64,000 nucleotides of DNA from NCBI GenBank assembly GCA_002385605.1, contig DGDU01000033.1, positions 13,587 through 77,586 on the forward strand. The letters are read 5' to 3'. The DNA comes from Christensenella sp. UBA3944 (GTDB lineage: Bacteria; Bacillota; Clostridia; Christensenellales; DTU072). The position numbers and the translations under genes are program-made. Positions 23,864 through 35,019 of this stretch are shown one piece after another. How positions within the stretch are numbered: position 1 is the first letter of the stretch; each line of letters opens with the position of its first letter. The notes under the pieces are model-generated. The model ran no database searches, had not been told where the DNA came from, and worked only from the letters and a program-made list of their open reading frames with translations.

Positions 23864-25114
23864 TTACAATATAAATTCCTCTTTGTACAGCGGATATTTC
23901 TCTACCAGCCTCCGGACTTCCGCCCTTACGGCGTCGTACGCATCGTGCTTTTCTCTTATTATTCTCGAAATACTCCTGCCTATAACCGCCATATCCTCTT
24001 CTTTCATGCCCCTTGTTGTTACGCTGGGGGTGCCGAGGCGCAAACCGTTGGGGTTTACGGGCGAGGCGGTGTCGTTGGGTATGGAATTCTTGTTGGTTGT
24101 GATGTTTACTTCGTCCAGCATTACCTCAAGCTCTTTGCCCGTGCAGCCGGTGCCTCTGAGGTCTACCAGCATGAGATGGTTGTCGGTGCCGCCCGAAAAG
24201 AGCTTAAGCCCTTCGCCCATAAGCGCTTTTGCCAGGGCTTTTGCGTTATTTATAACCCGATTTTGGTAGGCTTTGAATTCTTCGCTTTCGGCTTCCTTCA
24301 GGGCAAGCGCTTTTGCAGCTATGATGTGCATGAGCGGGCCGCCCTGCATACCGGGGAACACCGCTTTATCGAGTATTTTGCCGTACTCTTCTTTGGCAAG
24401 TATTATGCCGCCCCTGGGGCCCCTTAGGGTCTTATGTGTTGTTGTGGTTACTACATCGCAGTACGGGAAGGGCGAGGGGTGAAGCCCGGTAGCCACAAGC
24501 CCCGCTATGTGGGCGATATCCGCCATAAGGATTGCCCCGCACTTGTCGGCTATTTCCCTGAACCTCTTGAAATCTATGGTGCGGGGATATGCCGAGGCGC
24601 CCACAACTATCATTTTGGGCTTGCACTCCAATGCCTTGCACTCGGCGGCGTCGTAATCTATGTAACCGCTTTCGTCTACCCCGTAAGGCACGAAGTTATA
24701 ATATTTGCCGCTTACGCTGACCTTGCTGCCGTGGGTGAGGTGCCCGCCGTGCCCGAGGTCCATGCCCATAACGGTGTCGCCGTAATTAAGAAGGGCAAAG
24801 TACACGGTTATGTTGGCGCTGCTTCCCGAATGTGGCTGCACATTGGCGTAATCGGCGCCGAAGATGCGTTTGGCGCGCTCTATGGCGAGGTTTTCCGCCA
24901 TATCGACATACTGGCAACCGCCGTAGTACCTGCGCCCGGGATATCCCTCGGCATATTTATTTGTGAGGTGCGAGCCCGCGATCTCCATTACCATAGGCGA
25001 CACGAAGTTCTCGCTCGCAATAAGCTCTATATTGTCCTGCTGCCTCTTGAGCTCGAGGGCCATTGCCTCGTAAAGTTCGGGGTCCGCCGAACGAAGTTGT
25101 CTTAGGTCTACCAA
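23864..25114 (-). CDS. glyA: serine hydroxymethyltransferase
   Basis: [17 protein letters not shown] motif. TTG start 6 nt after GGAGA. Confidence 0.96.
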   Translation of the reverse strand: MVDLRQLRSADPELYEAMALELKRQQDNIELIASENFVSPMVMEIAGSHLTNKYAEGYPGRRYYGGCQYVDMAENLAIERAKRIFGADYANVQPHSGSSANITVYFALLNYGDTVMGMDLGHGGHLTHGSKVSVSGKYYNFVPYGVDESGYIDYDAAECKALECKPKMIVVGASAYPRTIDFKRFREIADKCGAILMADIAHIAGLVATGLHPSPFPYCDVVTTTTHKTLRGPRGGIILAKEEYGKILDKAVFPGMQGGPLMHIIAAKALALKEAESEEFKAYQNRVINNAKALAKALMGEGLKLFSGGTDNHLMLVDLRGTGCTGKELEVMLDEVNITTNKNSIPNDTASPVNPNGLRLGTPSVTTRGMKEEDMAVIGRSISRIIREKHDAYDAVRAEVRRLVEKYPLYKEEFIL

Positions 25115-25154
25115 TTTGCTTCTCCTTATCGGGTCTTACAGGTATATTATACCC

Positions 25155-25589
25155 CTAGTTTTCGATTTCCGTATCGATTTGTTCAGCTTTTATTATCGCG
25201 AACATCCTCGGAGTGAAATTTTTTTTGCCTTTTAGCTTTCTGTCTATTATCATTGTTATGACAAAACCAAGAAGCAAAGCCCCTCCCGCCGCCCCTAACG
25301 ACGCCGCGGGGCTATCGAGCCACGCCGTTGCGCCAAGAGCTATACCCACAAGAATTAAAGGTATTATGTAGGTTATAAGCGAAGCGATTAGCGGCGCCCT
25401 GTCGCCGATCTCCACCGACACCGTATCGCCCTCTTTGGCGGCCAAGGTGTTTCTTAGCTTAAGCTCGACAAACATTTCGTCTTTGGGCTTAAGGCACATA
25501 TGGCAGTTTTCGCAGGCCGTCTTGCGGGGGAAGCGCACCGTACACCAACCGCTTTTGGTTATCTTTTTTACTTCTCCGATTTCTATCAT
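25155..25589 (-). CDS. RseC/MucC-family (SoxR-reducing system) membrane protein
   Basis: N-terminal Cys motif CENCHMC and two C-terminal TM helices. Overlaps the aspS end by 4 nt. Confidence 0.75.
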   Translation of the reverse strand: MIEIGEVKKITKSGWCTVRFPRKTACENCHMCLKPKDEMFVELKLRNTLAAKEGDTVSVEIGDRAPLIASLITYIIPLILVGIALGATAWLDSPAASLGAAGGALLLGFVITMIIDRKLKGKKNFTPRMFAIIKAEQIDTEIEN

Positions 25590-27373
25590 TTTCTGATGTC
25601 TATTGCCAGTTCGTCAAGCTGCTTTTTCTCGACTGTGCTGGGGGCGTCCGACATTAGGCAGACCGCGCTCTGGTTTTTGGGGAAGGCTATAACATCCTTT
25701 ATATTGTCTGTGCCCGAAAGAAGCATAACAAGCCTGTCCAGCCCGAACGCCAGCCCGCCGTGCGGGGGTACGCCGTAGCGGAAAGCTTCGGTAAAGAAGC
25801 CGAAGCGCTCCTTGATATCCTGTTCGGAGAGGTTGATTCTCCTGAACATCTTTTCCTGAAGCTCCCTCGAGTGGATACGGATGGAGCCGCCGCCCGCCTC
25901 TTGGCCGTTTATGACAAAGTCATAAGCCTTGGCGCGCACCTTAAGCGGCTTTTTCTCTATATATTTGATATCCGAGTTTAGCGGGCTCGTGAAGGGGTGG
26001 TGCATGGCCTCGAGGCGCTTTTCCTCCTCGTTGTAGTCGTACAGGGGGAAGTGCGTAACCCACAGCATATCGTAGGTGCCTTCGGGTATAAGGTTCTCTT
26101 TCTTGGCGATGGCAAGCCTCAAAGCTCCCAAAGCGTCAAACACTACCTTGTCTTTGTCGGCGACAAACAGGATGAGGTCGCCCGTCTCGCCGCCGGCGGC
26201 GGCAATAAGCTGCCCGAAAGACTCTTCGTCGAAGAATTTGGCTATCGGCGAGCTTACGCCCTCCGGTTTAAGCGCTATATATGCTAGCCCTTTTGCGCCG
26301 TACTCTTTTACGACATCCTGCAGGGCGTCTATCTCTTTGCGGGTGTAGCGGGCAAGCCCTTTTGCATTTATGGCGCGCACGCTGTAGCCCTTCTTTGTGG
26401 CGTTAGCGAACACCGAGAAGGTTGTCCCTATCTTTTTAACTAACTTTGTAAGATTTATAAGCTCCAAGCCGAAGCGGGTGTCGGGCTTGTCGCTTCCGAA
26501 CCTTTCCATTGCCTCGGCGTACTTTATGCGCTTTATCTTTTTGGGCACATCGTAGCCTATGGCAACCTTGAATATGTTGCGGATTAGCCCCTCGGCGACC
26601 TTCATTACATCCTCGATGTCGTCCACATAGCTCATTTCGATGTCTATCTGCGTAAATTCGGGCTGGCGGTTTGCCCTAAGATCCTCGTCGCGGAAGCACT
26701 TGGCTATCTGATAATAGCGGTCCATACCCGAAATCATAAGCAGCTGCTTATAAAGCTGGGGCGACTGGGGCAGGGCGTAAAACTCCCCGGGATGCACCCT
26801 GGAGGGTACAAGGTAGTCCCTCGCGCCTTCGGGGGTGGATTTGCCGAGCATCGGCGTTTCGATATATACAAAGCCCTTTTTGGACATATAGTCCATTGTG
26901 GCGCGGATAATCTTATCCCTTATAAGAAGGTTTTTCTGCAGGGCGCCCCTTCTTAAGTCCAAGTACCTGTACTTAAGCCTTAATTGCTCGCCCGCCTTTA
27001 CATCCTCCACGATGTTAAATGGGGTTGTTTCGGCCTCCGAAAGTATCTTTAAAGCCGAAGCCTCTATCTCGATTTCGCCTGTGGGAAGGGCGGTGTTTAT
27101 GTTCTTTTCGCCTCTTGCCACAACGGTGCCCTCGACGGCTATAACAAACTCGTTGCGGATAGCCTCCGATTTCGCGTAAACCTCGGGGTAATCCGAAGCC
27201 GAAAACCTTACCTGCACGATTCCCGTGCGGTCCCTCAGGTCGACAAATTGTATGCCGCCCAGGTTGCGGTATTTCGCCACAAAGCCCATGGCGACAACCT
27301 TTTTGCCTATGTCGGACGCGCGGAACTCGCCGCACATCTTTGTTCTCTTAAGACCTTCCAAAAATTCTGCCAT
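25586..27373 (-). CDS. aspS: aspartate--tRNA ligase
   Basis: Class II motifs FRDEDLRANRQPEFTQID, GGGSIRIH, GLDRLVM. Confidence 0.97.
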   Translation of the reverse strand: MAEFLEGLKRTKMCGEFRASDIGKKVVAMGFVAKYRNLGGIQFVDLRDRTGIVQVRFSASDYPEVYAKSEAIRNEFVIAVEGTVVARGEKNINTALPTGEIEIEASALKILSEAETTPFNIVEDVKAGEQLRLKYRYLDLRRGALQKNLLIRDKIIRATMDYMSKKGFVYIETPMLGKSTPEGARDYLVPSRVHPGEFYALPQSPQLYKQLLMISGMDRYYQIAKCFRDEDLRANRQPEFTQIDIEMSYVDDIEDVMKVAEGLIRNIFKVAIGYDVPKKIKRIKYAEAMERFGSDKPDTRFGLELINLTKLVKKIGTTFSVFANATKKGYSVRAINAKGLARYTRKEIDALQDVVKEYGAKGLAYIALKPEGVSSPIAKFFDEESFGQLIAAAGGETGDLILFVADKDKVVFDALGALRLAIAKKENLIPEGTYDMLWVTHFPLYDYNEEEKRLEAMHHPFTSPLNSDIKYIEKKPLKVRAKAYDFVINGQEAGGGSIRIHSRELQEKMFRRINLSEQDIKERFGFFTEAFRYGVPPHGGLAFGLDRLVMLLSGTDNIKDVIAFPKNQSAVCLMSDAPSTVEKKQLDELAIDIRK

Positions 27374-27375
27374 AT

Positions 27376-28626
27376 TTATCTCCCAAGCCTTTCCGTCAGC
27401 TCGCTTATATTGATTTCTTCTTCTGTGCCATTAGCCATATCTTTCAGCTTTATTACGCCCGAAAGCCTTTCGTTTTCGCCCAAAACAGCGACATACCTCG
27501 CGCCCGTCTTGTCGGCGTACTTCATTTGTGCTTTAAGGCTTCTGCCCGTGATGTCCGTTTCGGCGGTAATACCTTTTTGCCTGAGGCCATTTACCAAGCC
27601 GTAAGCGTAAATATACTGCTCGTCGCCTAAGGGGGCTATATATATAAGGGGTTTTTGCCTCTCGCCTAAGTAGAGCCCGGCAGCCTCGGCAACCATAATG
27701 AGGCGCTCCAGCCCCATGCCGAAGCCTACGCCGGGCACCGAAGGCCCGCCTATTTGTTCTACAAGATTGTTGTAGCGCCCGCCGCCGCAAACCGTGCCCT
27801 GGGCGCCGATGGCGTTGGATATAAACTCAAACACGGTCTTTGTGTAATAGTCCAGCCCGCGCACCAGTTTGGGGTTAACCTCGTAATCCACCTTAAGATA
27901 GGACAAAATATCCTTTAGCTTGTCGTGGTGCTGCCTGCAGCCGTCGCAGATGTAATCCAGCGTTACGGGGGCGTCCTTTGCCAGCTCGCCGCACTCGGGC
28001 ACCTTGCAGTCCAGTATCCTCAATGGGTTTTTCTGCAGCCTCTCGCGGCAGGTGGGGCACATTTTATCCGCCCTCTCCGAGAAATACGCCTTAAGCGCCT
28101 CGTTGTAGTTTTTGCGGCACTCGGGGCAGCCTATGCTGTTTATGTTCAGCTTCAAGTCCGTTATTCCCAGCCTGTTTAGAAGGGTTTTTGCCGTCATAAT
28201 TACATCGGCGTCGGCGAAGGGCGTGTCGCTTCCGAACAGCTCGACGCCGAACTGATGGTGCTCCCTGAGCCTTCCCGATTGCGGCTTTTCGTAGCGGAAA
28301 ACGGGGGTAATGTAATACATCTTTGTTGGCTGCGCCTGGCTGACAAGCCCGTTTTCTATAAAGGCCCTCGCCGCGCCCGCCGTGCCCTCGCACTTAAGCG
28401 TTATGCTGCGGTTGCCCTTATCCAGAAAAGTGTACATCTCTTTGTTAACGATGTCGGTGGTCTCGCCGACGCCCCTCAGAAAAAGCTCGGTATGCTCGAA
28501 GGTGGGCGTGCGTATCTCCAGCCAGCCGAAGTCGGAAGCCGTCTTTCTTATGAGGCTCTCGACATAGTGCCATTTATAAACTTCTGAGGGCAATACATCC
28601 TTTGTGCCCTTGGGTATGGATATCAT
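27376..28626 (-). CDS. hisS: histidine--tRNA ligase
   Basis: YYITPVFRYEKPQSGRLREHHQFG and GGGRY motifs. Confidence 0.97.
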   Translation of the reverse strand: MISIPKGTKDVLPSEVYKWHYVESLIRKTASDFGWLEIRTPTFEHTELFLRGVGETTDIVNKEMYTFLDKGNRSITLKCEGTAGAARAFIENGLVSQAQPTKMYYITPVFRYEKPQSGRLREHHQFGVELFGSDTPFADADVIMTAKTLLNRLGITDLKLNINSIGCPECRKNYNEALKAYFSERADKMCPTCRERLQKNPLRILDCKVPECGELAKDAPVTLDYICDGCRQHHDKLKDILSYLKVDYEVNPKLVRGLDYYTKTVFEFISNAIGAQGTVCGGGRYNNLVEQIGGPSVPGVGFGMGLERLIMVAEAAGLYLGERQKPLIYIAPLGDEQYIYAYGLVNGLRQKGITAETDITGRSLKAQMKYADKTGARYVAVLGENERLSGVIKLKDMANGTEEEINISELTERLGR

Positions 28627-28665
28627 TTTTTGTCCTTTATTGTTGTATTGCGGCGCGCCGCTTGA

Positions 28666-29976
28666 TTACAGTATATATTTTTTGAGGTTCATTTCCTTGA
28701 GGGCTTTTTCGAGGTGCTCGTCTACATACTTTTTGTCGATTACGACCTCTACCATCTCGTGCTCGCCGCTGGCGTTAAAGCTGATATCCTCGAGGAGCAT
28801 TTCCATAACGGCGTGCAGCCTGCGCGCGCCGATGTTTTCTTTGTTCTCGTTCTCGTAGTAGGCAATCTTGGCCATCTCCCTTATGGCGTCCTCGGTGAAC
28901 TTCAGGTCTATGTTATCCACCTTAAGGAGCGCGGCGTACTGCATAATAATGGCGTTGTCGGGCTCTTTGAGGATTTTTACGAAGTCCTCTTCGGTGAGGC
29001 TGTTGAGGGTTACCGTGATTGGGAACCTGCCCTGAAGCTCGGGGATAAGGTCGTTAATCTTGGCGATGTGGAAGGCGCCCGCGGCAATAAACAGAATAAA
29101 ATCTGTCTTTATATTGCCGTACTTGGTGCTAACCGTGCAGCCTTCTACCAAAGGAAGGATATCCCTCTGCACGCCCTCGCGGGAGACATCGGGCCCGTGG
29201 CTGTTGCCCTTGGACACAATCTTGTCTATCTCGTCTATGAAGATTATGCCGTCCTGTTCGGCCCTCTTCAGGCCCTCGGAGTTTATGCTGTCGTTGTCTA
29301 TCAGTTTGGAGGCTTCCTCGTTGGTGAAGTACTCGAATGCCTCGGCGACCGTCATTTTGCGGCGTTTGCGGCGCTTGGGCATAATGCTGCCAAGGATATC
29401 GCCCATATTGTTGTCGGACGCGCCTATGGGGCCCAGCTGCAGCGCTTTGGGCTGCTCCTCTACCTCTATCTCGAGGGGCACTTTGTCGTACTTTCCTTCG
29501 CGGAACTCTGCCTCAAGCTGCTCGCGAAGCTCGTTGTCGGGGATATCGGGGTGGGATTTCTTTTTGCCAATGAAGAGCGAATCCAGTATCTTTCTCTCGG
29601 CAACCTGCTTCGCCTTGGGCTCGACTTCCCTTATTTTCTCTTCGCGCACGAGGCGGATGGCGACCTCCACAAGGTCCCTCACCATAGACTCGACATCCCT
29701 GCCGACATAACCTACCTCGGTAAACTTTGTCGCCTCAACCTTAACGAAGGGGGCTTTTACGAGCTTGGCAAGCCTTCTCGCTATCTCGGTCTTGCCCACG
29801 CCTGTCGGGCCCTTCATTATGATGTTTTTGGGCGTTATCTCGTCCCTGACTTCCTGGGGGAGGCGGCTTCTTCTGTAGCGGTTGCGAAGGGCTATCGCCA
29901 CCGCTCTCTTTGCCTCGTATTGCCCGATAATATATCTGTCAAGTTCGTTTACTATCTGTCTGGGTGATAAATCCAT
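28666..29976 (-). CDS. hslU: ATP-dependent protease ATPase subunit HslU
   Basis: [17 protein letters not shown] Walker [10 protein letters not shown] Walker B. Confidence 0.97.
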   Translation of the reverse strand: MDLSPRQIVNELDRYIIGQYEAKRAVAIALRNRYRRSRLPQEVRDEITPKNIIMKGPTGVGKTEIARRLAKLVKAPFVKVEATKFTEVGYVGRDVESMVRDLVEVAIRLVREEKIREVEPKAKQVAERKILDSLFIGKKKSHPDIPDNELREQLEAEFREGKYDKVPLEIEVEEQPKALQLGPIGASDNNMGDILGSIMPKRRKRRKMTVAEAFEYFTNEEASKLIDNDSINSEGLKRAEQDGIIFIDEIDKIVSKGNSHGPDVSREGVQRDILPLVEGCTVSTKYGNIKTDFILFIAAGAFHIAKINDLIPELQGRFPITVTLNSLTEEDFVKILKEPDNAIIMQYAALLKVDNIDLKFTEDAIREMAKIAYYENENKENIGARRLHAVMEMLLEDISFNASGEHEMVEVVIDKKYVDEHLEKALKEMNLKKYIL

Positions 29977-29984
29977 AATGCCTC

Positions 29985-30515
29985 CTATACGATTTCAAGC
30001 ACGAGGTTATGGTTGGTGAAGACGCACACATCGGCGGCTATCTTCATGCTGCGGCGGACGATTTCCTCGGCGGACAAATCGGTGTTTTCGAGGAGCGCCC
30101 TTGCCGCCGAAAGGGCGTAATTGCCGCCGCTTCCGATGGCGCACACGCCGTCCTCGGGATCTATGACATTGCCGTCGCCGCTTACTATAAAGAGGTTTTC
30201 CTTGTCGGCGACAATAAGCATCGCCTCGAGGTTTCTTACCATGGCGCCCTTGCGCCACTCCTCTGCTAGCTCTACGGCGCTTCTCATAAGGTTGCCGCTG
30301 TACTTCTGAAGCATTTCCTCAAACTTTTCGCTTAGGGTAAAGGCGTCGCTCACGGAGCCGGCGAAGCCTACCACCACTTTGTCGTTGTATAGCCTTTTTA
30401 CCTTTTTGGCGTTGCCTTTTAGTATTACGCTTTGGCTCATCGTAACCTGCCCGTCGCCGCCTATGGCGGTAATGCCGTTACGCCTGACGGCGCAGATTGT
30501 CGTTCCCTCAATCAT
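29985..30515 (-). CDS. hslV: ATP-dependent protease subunit HslV
   Basis: N-terminal TTICAV catalytic Thr, GSGGNYA motif. Confidence 0.96.
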   Translation of the reverse strand: MIEGTTICAVRRNGITAIGGDGQVTMSQSVILKGNAKKVKRLYNDKVVVGFAGSVSDAFTLSEKFEEMLQKYSGNLMRSAVELAEEWRKGAMVRNLEAMLIVADKENLFIVSGDGNVIDPEDGVCAIGSGGNYALSAARALLENTDLSAEEIVRRSMKIAADVCVFTNHNLVLEIV

Positions 30516-31828
30516 AAACTCACCTCTATGTCCTGTAAAACGGTATTTTTGTATTCTTTTATGTCCTTAAGCGCCCTGTCTGCGAGGGCCTTCCTGCGCT
30601 CGGCCTTGTCCTTTATTCGCCGCTCTATGGGCGATACAAGCTCGAAACTTACATGCATCGGCGCGAAGCCGCCTTTAGCTGTGGCAATATATTTACATAG
30701 GCTGCCGCACATAGTAGTTTCGGGCGGGGCGACGGGGTCTTTGCCCTTAAGCCTTCTTAGCATATGTATTGCCGCGAGCATGCCCGTCATGGCGCTTTCC
30801 ATATACCCCTCTACCCCCGTTATCTGCCCGGCGAAAAAGATGTCGGGCGAATTTTTGGGGTTTAAGGTTATGGTTAGAGCCTCGGGGCTGTTTATATAGG
30901 TATTGCGATGCATTACCCCGTAGCGCACGAATTCGGCATTCGCAAGCGCGGGTATCAGTCGGAAAACTCTGCGTTGTTCGGGGAAAGTGAGATTTGTCTG
31001 AAACCCTACAAGGTTTAACATGCTGTCGTATCTGTCCTCTTTGCGGAGCTGGACGACGGCGTAAGCCTTCTTGCCGTCGGGGCTTTTGAGCCCCACCGGG
31101 CGCAGAGGTCCGAAACGAAGGCTGTCTTCGCCTCGCGCCGCCAAAACCTCTACGGGCATGCAGCCTTCGAAGACATCGCCTTTCTCAAATGATTTTAGCA
31201 CAACGGTAGCCGCTCCGACAAGTTCTTTTATAAAGTTTTTGTACTCCCCCTCGTCCATGGGGCAGTTGAGGTAGTCGGCAGAGCCCTTGCCGTATCGGGC
31301 GCCGTAATAGGCTTTGGACATATCGACGCTCTCGGCGGTGATGATTGGCGCGACGGCGTCGAAGAAGTGCAGGTATTCCGCCCCTGTAAGCTTTTTTATC
31401 TCTTCGGCCATCGCGTCTGAGGTAAGGGGGCCGGTCGCCACGATAGTATTATTGTCTATCGAGGCGCATTCCTGCCGTATAATGTTTATTTTGCCTGTGG
31501 ATTTTATGATATTTTCCACCGCCTGCGAAAAAAGCGCCCTGTCTACGGCGAGCGCGCCGCCCGCGGGCACCCTCGCTATCTCGGCGGCCTGTAAAATCAC
31601 ACTGTCTAACTCGCGCATTTCGGCCTTAAGAAGCCCCTGCGCGGTGGTTATGTCCTCGCTTTTCAGGCTGTTACTGCAAACAAGCTCGGCAAGCCCGTCC
31701 GTCGTGTGGGCGGGGGTCATTTTGACGGGGCGCATTTCGTACAGGTCTACCTCGATGCCCGCCTTAGCAAGCTTGTAGCAGGCCTCGGCGCCCGCGAGGC
31801 CGCCGCCTATAACCTTAACTCTCGACAT
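30512..31828 (-). CDS. trmFO: methylenetetrahydrofolate--tRNA-(uracil54-C5)-methyltransferase TrmFO
   Basis: [14 protein letters not shown] motif, Gid/TrmFO length and conserved core. Confidence 0.96.
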   Translation of the reverse strand: MSRVKVIGGGLAGAEACYKLAKAGIEVDLYEMRPVKMTPAHTTDGLAELVCSNSLKSEDITTAQGLLKAEMRELDSVILQAAEIARVPAGGALAVDRALFSQAVENIIKSTGKINIIRQECASIDNNTIVATGPLTSDAMAEEIKKLTGAEYLHFFDAVAPIITAESVDMSKAYYGARYGKGSADYLNCPMDEGEYKNFIKELVGAATVVLKSFEKGDVFEGCMPVEVLAARGEDSLRFGPLRPVGLKSPDGKKAYAVVQLRKEDRYDSMLNLVGFQTNLTFPEQRRVFRLIPALANAEFVRYGVMHRNTYINSPEALTITLNPKNSPDIFFAGQITGVEGYMESAMTGMLAAIHMLRRLKGKDPVAPPETTMCGSLCKYIATAKGGFAPMHVSFELVSPIERRIKDKAERRKALADRALKDIKEYKNTVLQDIEVSL

Positions 31829-33932
31829 CGCTTTCCTTTTGTGCTTCGTTAGCGGGAATGACTACATTTTTGCAGCTTCTGTTGTTGCAGACATACTGCT
31901 TTTTGCCCTTGTTTTCGACAACCCTCATAGAGCTGCCGCACTTGGGGCAGAGTATGGGGGCGGGGAGCTCCCACGACATAAACTTGCACTCGGGATAGTT
32001 GGAGCAGCCGTAGAACAGCTTGCCCGTCTTGCTGTGCAGCTTGGTTATGTTGCCCGTGCAGATGGGGCATTTGCCCACCGATTCGACTATGCTCTTTACA
32101 TTTTTGCAGCGTGGGTAGTTGGGGCAGGCCAAAAACTTGCCGAACCTTCCTTCCTTTACCACCATGTTGGCGCCGCACTTTTCGCATATAACATCGCTTA
32201 CCACCTCGGGCAGGGCAAGCTTCTTTTCGTCCTTCGCAGCCTTCATAATGTCTTTTAAGAAGGCGGGGTAGAAATCGGCTATTATCTTTTGCCACTCGAC
32301 CCCGTGCTCTATTTCGTCAAGCTGCTTTTCCATATCGGCGGTAAACTTGCAGTCGACAATCTTTTTGAAGAAGGTTTCCATAAACTCGGTAACCGTTTCG
32401 CCCAGCTGGGTGGGCTTAAGGAACTTCTGCTCCTTTACGGTGTACTCGCGCTTGGCAAGCACGCTTATAACCGACGCGTAAGTCGAGGGGCGCCCTATGC
32501 CGTTTTCTTCCATAGCCTTGATGAGCCCCGCCTCGGTGTATCTTGTGGGCGGCTTGGTGAATTTCTGCTCGGATTTGATATCCTTAAGCGAAAGCTCTTC
32601 GCCTTCGGTGAGGTTGGGAAGGTTGGCTCCCGTTTCCTCTTCCTCGCTCTTTTCTGCCTCGTAGGCAATCGTGTAGCCCTTAAATACAAGGGTCTTGCCC
32701 GAAAAGCTGAAGCCGTACTTTGCCCCGCTCTTTGCCCCGGCCTCTATCCTTACCGCGAGGGTGTTGTACTCGGCGTCGGTCATCTGGCTGGCTATAAACC
32801 TGTCGTATATAAGCTTATAAAGCCTGTACTGGTTGCGCTGAAGCTTATCCTTTACGCTCTCGGGAGTGCGGTCTAAAGAAATGGGGCGGATACACTCGTG
32901 GGCGTCCTGGGCGTTTTGCGTCTTTGTGGCAAAAATGTTGGGTTTTTGCGGGGCGTACTCGGGCCCGAATTTGTCTTTAATAAAGCCCAAAGTAGCCTGC
33001 TGGATATCCGCCGAAACCCTCACGCTGTCGGTACGAATATAGGTGATAAAAGCCGTCTGCCCTTCGCCCTCTATCTCGATACCCTCGTAAAGCTGCTGGG
33101 CTATCTGCATAACCTGCGGGGCCGAAAGGCCCAGCTTTTGCGAAGCGTCCTGCTGAAGGGTGGATGTCATAAACGGAGCGGGCGGGTGGGATTTGGATAC
33201 ACCCCTTTTTACGCTTTCTATCTTCCACGCGCCGCCGCGGATGTCGTCCAGGACGGCGTTAGCCTCGGCCTCGGTGGAGATTTTTATCTTTTTGCCGTCT
33301 TTATCGTGCAGGGCGGCCTTAATTACAGGCGCCTTTGTGCCCGCCTTAAGAAGGCTTGCGTTTATGTTCCAGTATTCCTCGGGCACGAAGGCGTTAATCT
33401 CGCGCTCCCTGTCCACAAGCATTTTTAGGGCGGCAGACTGCACCCTTCCGCCCGAAAGCCCTGTCTTAATCTTGCGGCTTAGTATGGGGCTTATCTTGTA
33501 GCCTACAAGGCGGTCAAGAACCCTTCTCGCCTGCTGGGCGTCCACAAGGTGAAGGTTTATTTTGCGGGGCCTGCTTATCGCCTGCAGGACGGCCTTGCTG
33601 CTAATTTCGTTAAACTCAATCCTGTTTTCGGCGTCGGGAAGCCCCAAAGTATTGGCAAGATGCCAGCTTATAGCCTCGCCCTCCCTGTCAGGGTCGGTGG
33701 CGAGGTAGACTTCTTCGCTTTCCTTTACTGTTTGCTTAAGTTTCTTGATTAATTCCTTTTTTGTGGGGTTAATCACATACTCGGGCTTAAAATTGTTTTC
33801 GATATCGACGCCCAGTGTTTTTTCGGGAAGGTCGCAGATATGCCCTCCCGATGCCATAACCCTGTAGCTTCCGCCCAAATACTTTTGGATCGTCTTTGCC
33901 TTGGAAGGCGACTCTACTATAACAAGCTTCAT
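31815..33932 (-). CDS. topA: DNA topoisomerase I
   Basis: TOPRIM IVESPSKAKTI, active-site region YIRTDS, C-terminal CxxC zinc ribbons. Confidence 0.97.
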   Translation of the reverse strand: MKLVIVESPSKAKTIQKYLGGSYRVMASGGHICDLPEKTLGVDIENNFKPEYVINPTKKELIKKLKQTVKESEEVYLATDPDREGEAISWHLANTLGLPDAENRIEFNEISSKAVLQAISRPRKINLHLVDAQQARRVLDRLVGYKISPILSRKIKTGLSGGRVQSAALKMLVDREREINAFVPEEYWNINASLLKAGTKAPVIKAALHDKDGKKIKISTEAEANAVLDDIRGGAWKIESVKRGVSKSHPPAPFMTSTLQQDASQKLGLSAPQVMQIAQQLYEGIEIEGEGQTAFITYIRTDSVRVSADIQQATLGFIKDKFGPEYAPQKPNIFATKTQNAQDAHECIRPISLDRTPESVKDKLQRNQYRLYKLIYDRFIASQMTDAEYNTLAVRIEAGAKSGAKYGFSFSGKTLVFKGYTIAYEAEKSEEEETGANLPNLTEGEELSLKDIKSEQKFTKPPTRYTEAGLIKAMEENGIGRPSTYASVISVLAKREYTVKEQKFLKPTQLGETVTEFMETFFKKIVDCKFTADMEKQLDEIEHGVEWQKIIADFYPAFLKDIMKAAKDEKKLALPEVVSDVICEKCGANMVVKEGRFGKFLACPNYPRCKNVKSIVESVGKCPICTGNITKLHSKTGKLFYGCSNYPECKFMSWELPAPILCPKCGSSMRVVENKGKKQYVCNNRSCKNVVIPANEAQKESDVES

Positions 33933-33939
33933 TGTGTTT

Positions 33940-35019
33940 TCAGACTCCGTAGTAGTTATTATCTAGTTTTTTTATTATTCCCAATAATTCGAGCTTTGTC
34001 AATACGGCATTGAGATCTGATATCCCCAATCCGCTGATTTGTATAAGCTCCTCGAAGTTTAACTCGGTGAAACCTAACGCTTCCACGAGCTTTTCCTCTA
34101 TGAAATCAAGCTGCATAACCGACGCCGGCTGCGTGTGCCCGGAAATCCTCAGCCTTTCGGCAATGTCGTCGGGCGAGAAAACCGCGCAATGCGGGTATTC
34201 CCTTATTAGTTTGTTTGTCCCCATACCTCTGACAGAAGTTATATTGGAGGGGATTGCGAACAGCTCCCTGTTTTGGCTGATAGCGTCGTTTGCCGTAAGG
34301 AGCGAGCCGCTTTTTAGCCCCGCCTCGGTGACAAGCACCCCTTCCGAAAGCCCGCTTATTATGCGGTTTCTTTCGGGGAACTGGAAGCTGTTGGGGGGCA
34401 CCCCCAGCCCATACTCGGATATTATAAGCCCTTCGTCCTCTATCCTTTTATATAATGCCGAATTGTCGGCGGGATATACCCTGTCTATGCCGCAGCCCAG
34501 AACTGCAATCGTCTTGCCGCTTACATCCAGCACCGCCCTGTGCGCCTGGCTGTCTATGCCTCTTGCCAAACCGCTTACGACTGTTAGCCCGCATTGCGAG
34601 AGCGCGGCGGCGAATGTTGTCGTGACATCCAGCCCGTAGCGGCTTGGGCTTCTGCTCCCGACAATTCCTATACATCTTGTCTTAAGAAGCCCGATATCCC
34701 CTTTGCAGTAAAGAAGAAGCGGCGGGCAGGCTATTTCCTTAAGAAGGTCGGGATACTCGGCGTTGTATATCGATACGAGCTTTATTTTGGCGCGCTCCAA
34801 AGCCTCTATTTCCCTGTTGAGAAGCCCTTCGTCGTCATAGGTATCGGCCATTACGGCGGCGGTATCCGCACCGAATCTATCCGTTATCTCCCTGCGCAGG
34901 TTGGGGAAGGCCTTTCTTAAGTCCTGCTCCCCGCAAAGCGAGAGTATCCTGTGCATTCTTGGCGTAACGAAGCCGCATATTCTGTTAAGCCATATCAGGG
35001 TTTTTACTTGCGCATTCAT
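33940..35019 (-). CDS. dprA: DNA-processing protein DprA/Smf
   Basis: GSRSPSRYG and SGLARGIDS motifs. Confidence 0.93.
   Translation of the reverse strand: MNAQVKTLIWLNRICGFVTPRMHRILSLCGEQDLRKAFPNLRREITDRFGADTAAVMADTYDDEGLLNREIEALERAKIKLVSIYNAEYPDLLKEIACPPLLLYCKGDIGLLKTRCIGIVGSRSPSRYGLDVTTTFAAALSQCGLTVVSGLARGIDSQAHRAVLDVSGKTIAVLGCGIDRVYPADNSALYKRIEDEGLIISEYGLGVPPNSFQFPERNRIISGLSEGVLVTEAGLKSGSLLTANDAISQNRELFAIPSNITSVRGMGTNKLIREYPHCAVFSPDDIAERLRISGHTQPASVMQLDFIEEKLVEALGFTELNFEELIQISGLGISDLNAVLTKLELLGIIKKLDNNYYGV

Noticed and set aside
28627-28665. The GC palindrome GCGGCGCGCCGC as an hslU terminator or hisS regulatory hairpin.
   Set aside because: It is a perfect palindrome with no loop, so at best a 4-bp stem. 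No U-run follows, and it sits immediately before the hisS SD.
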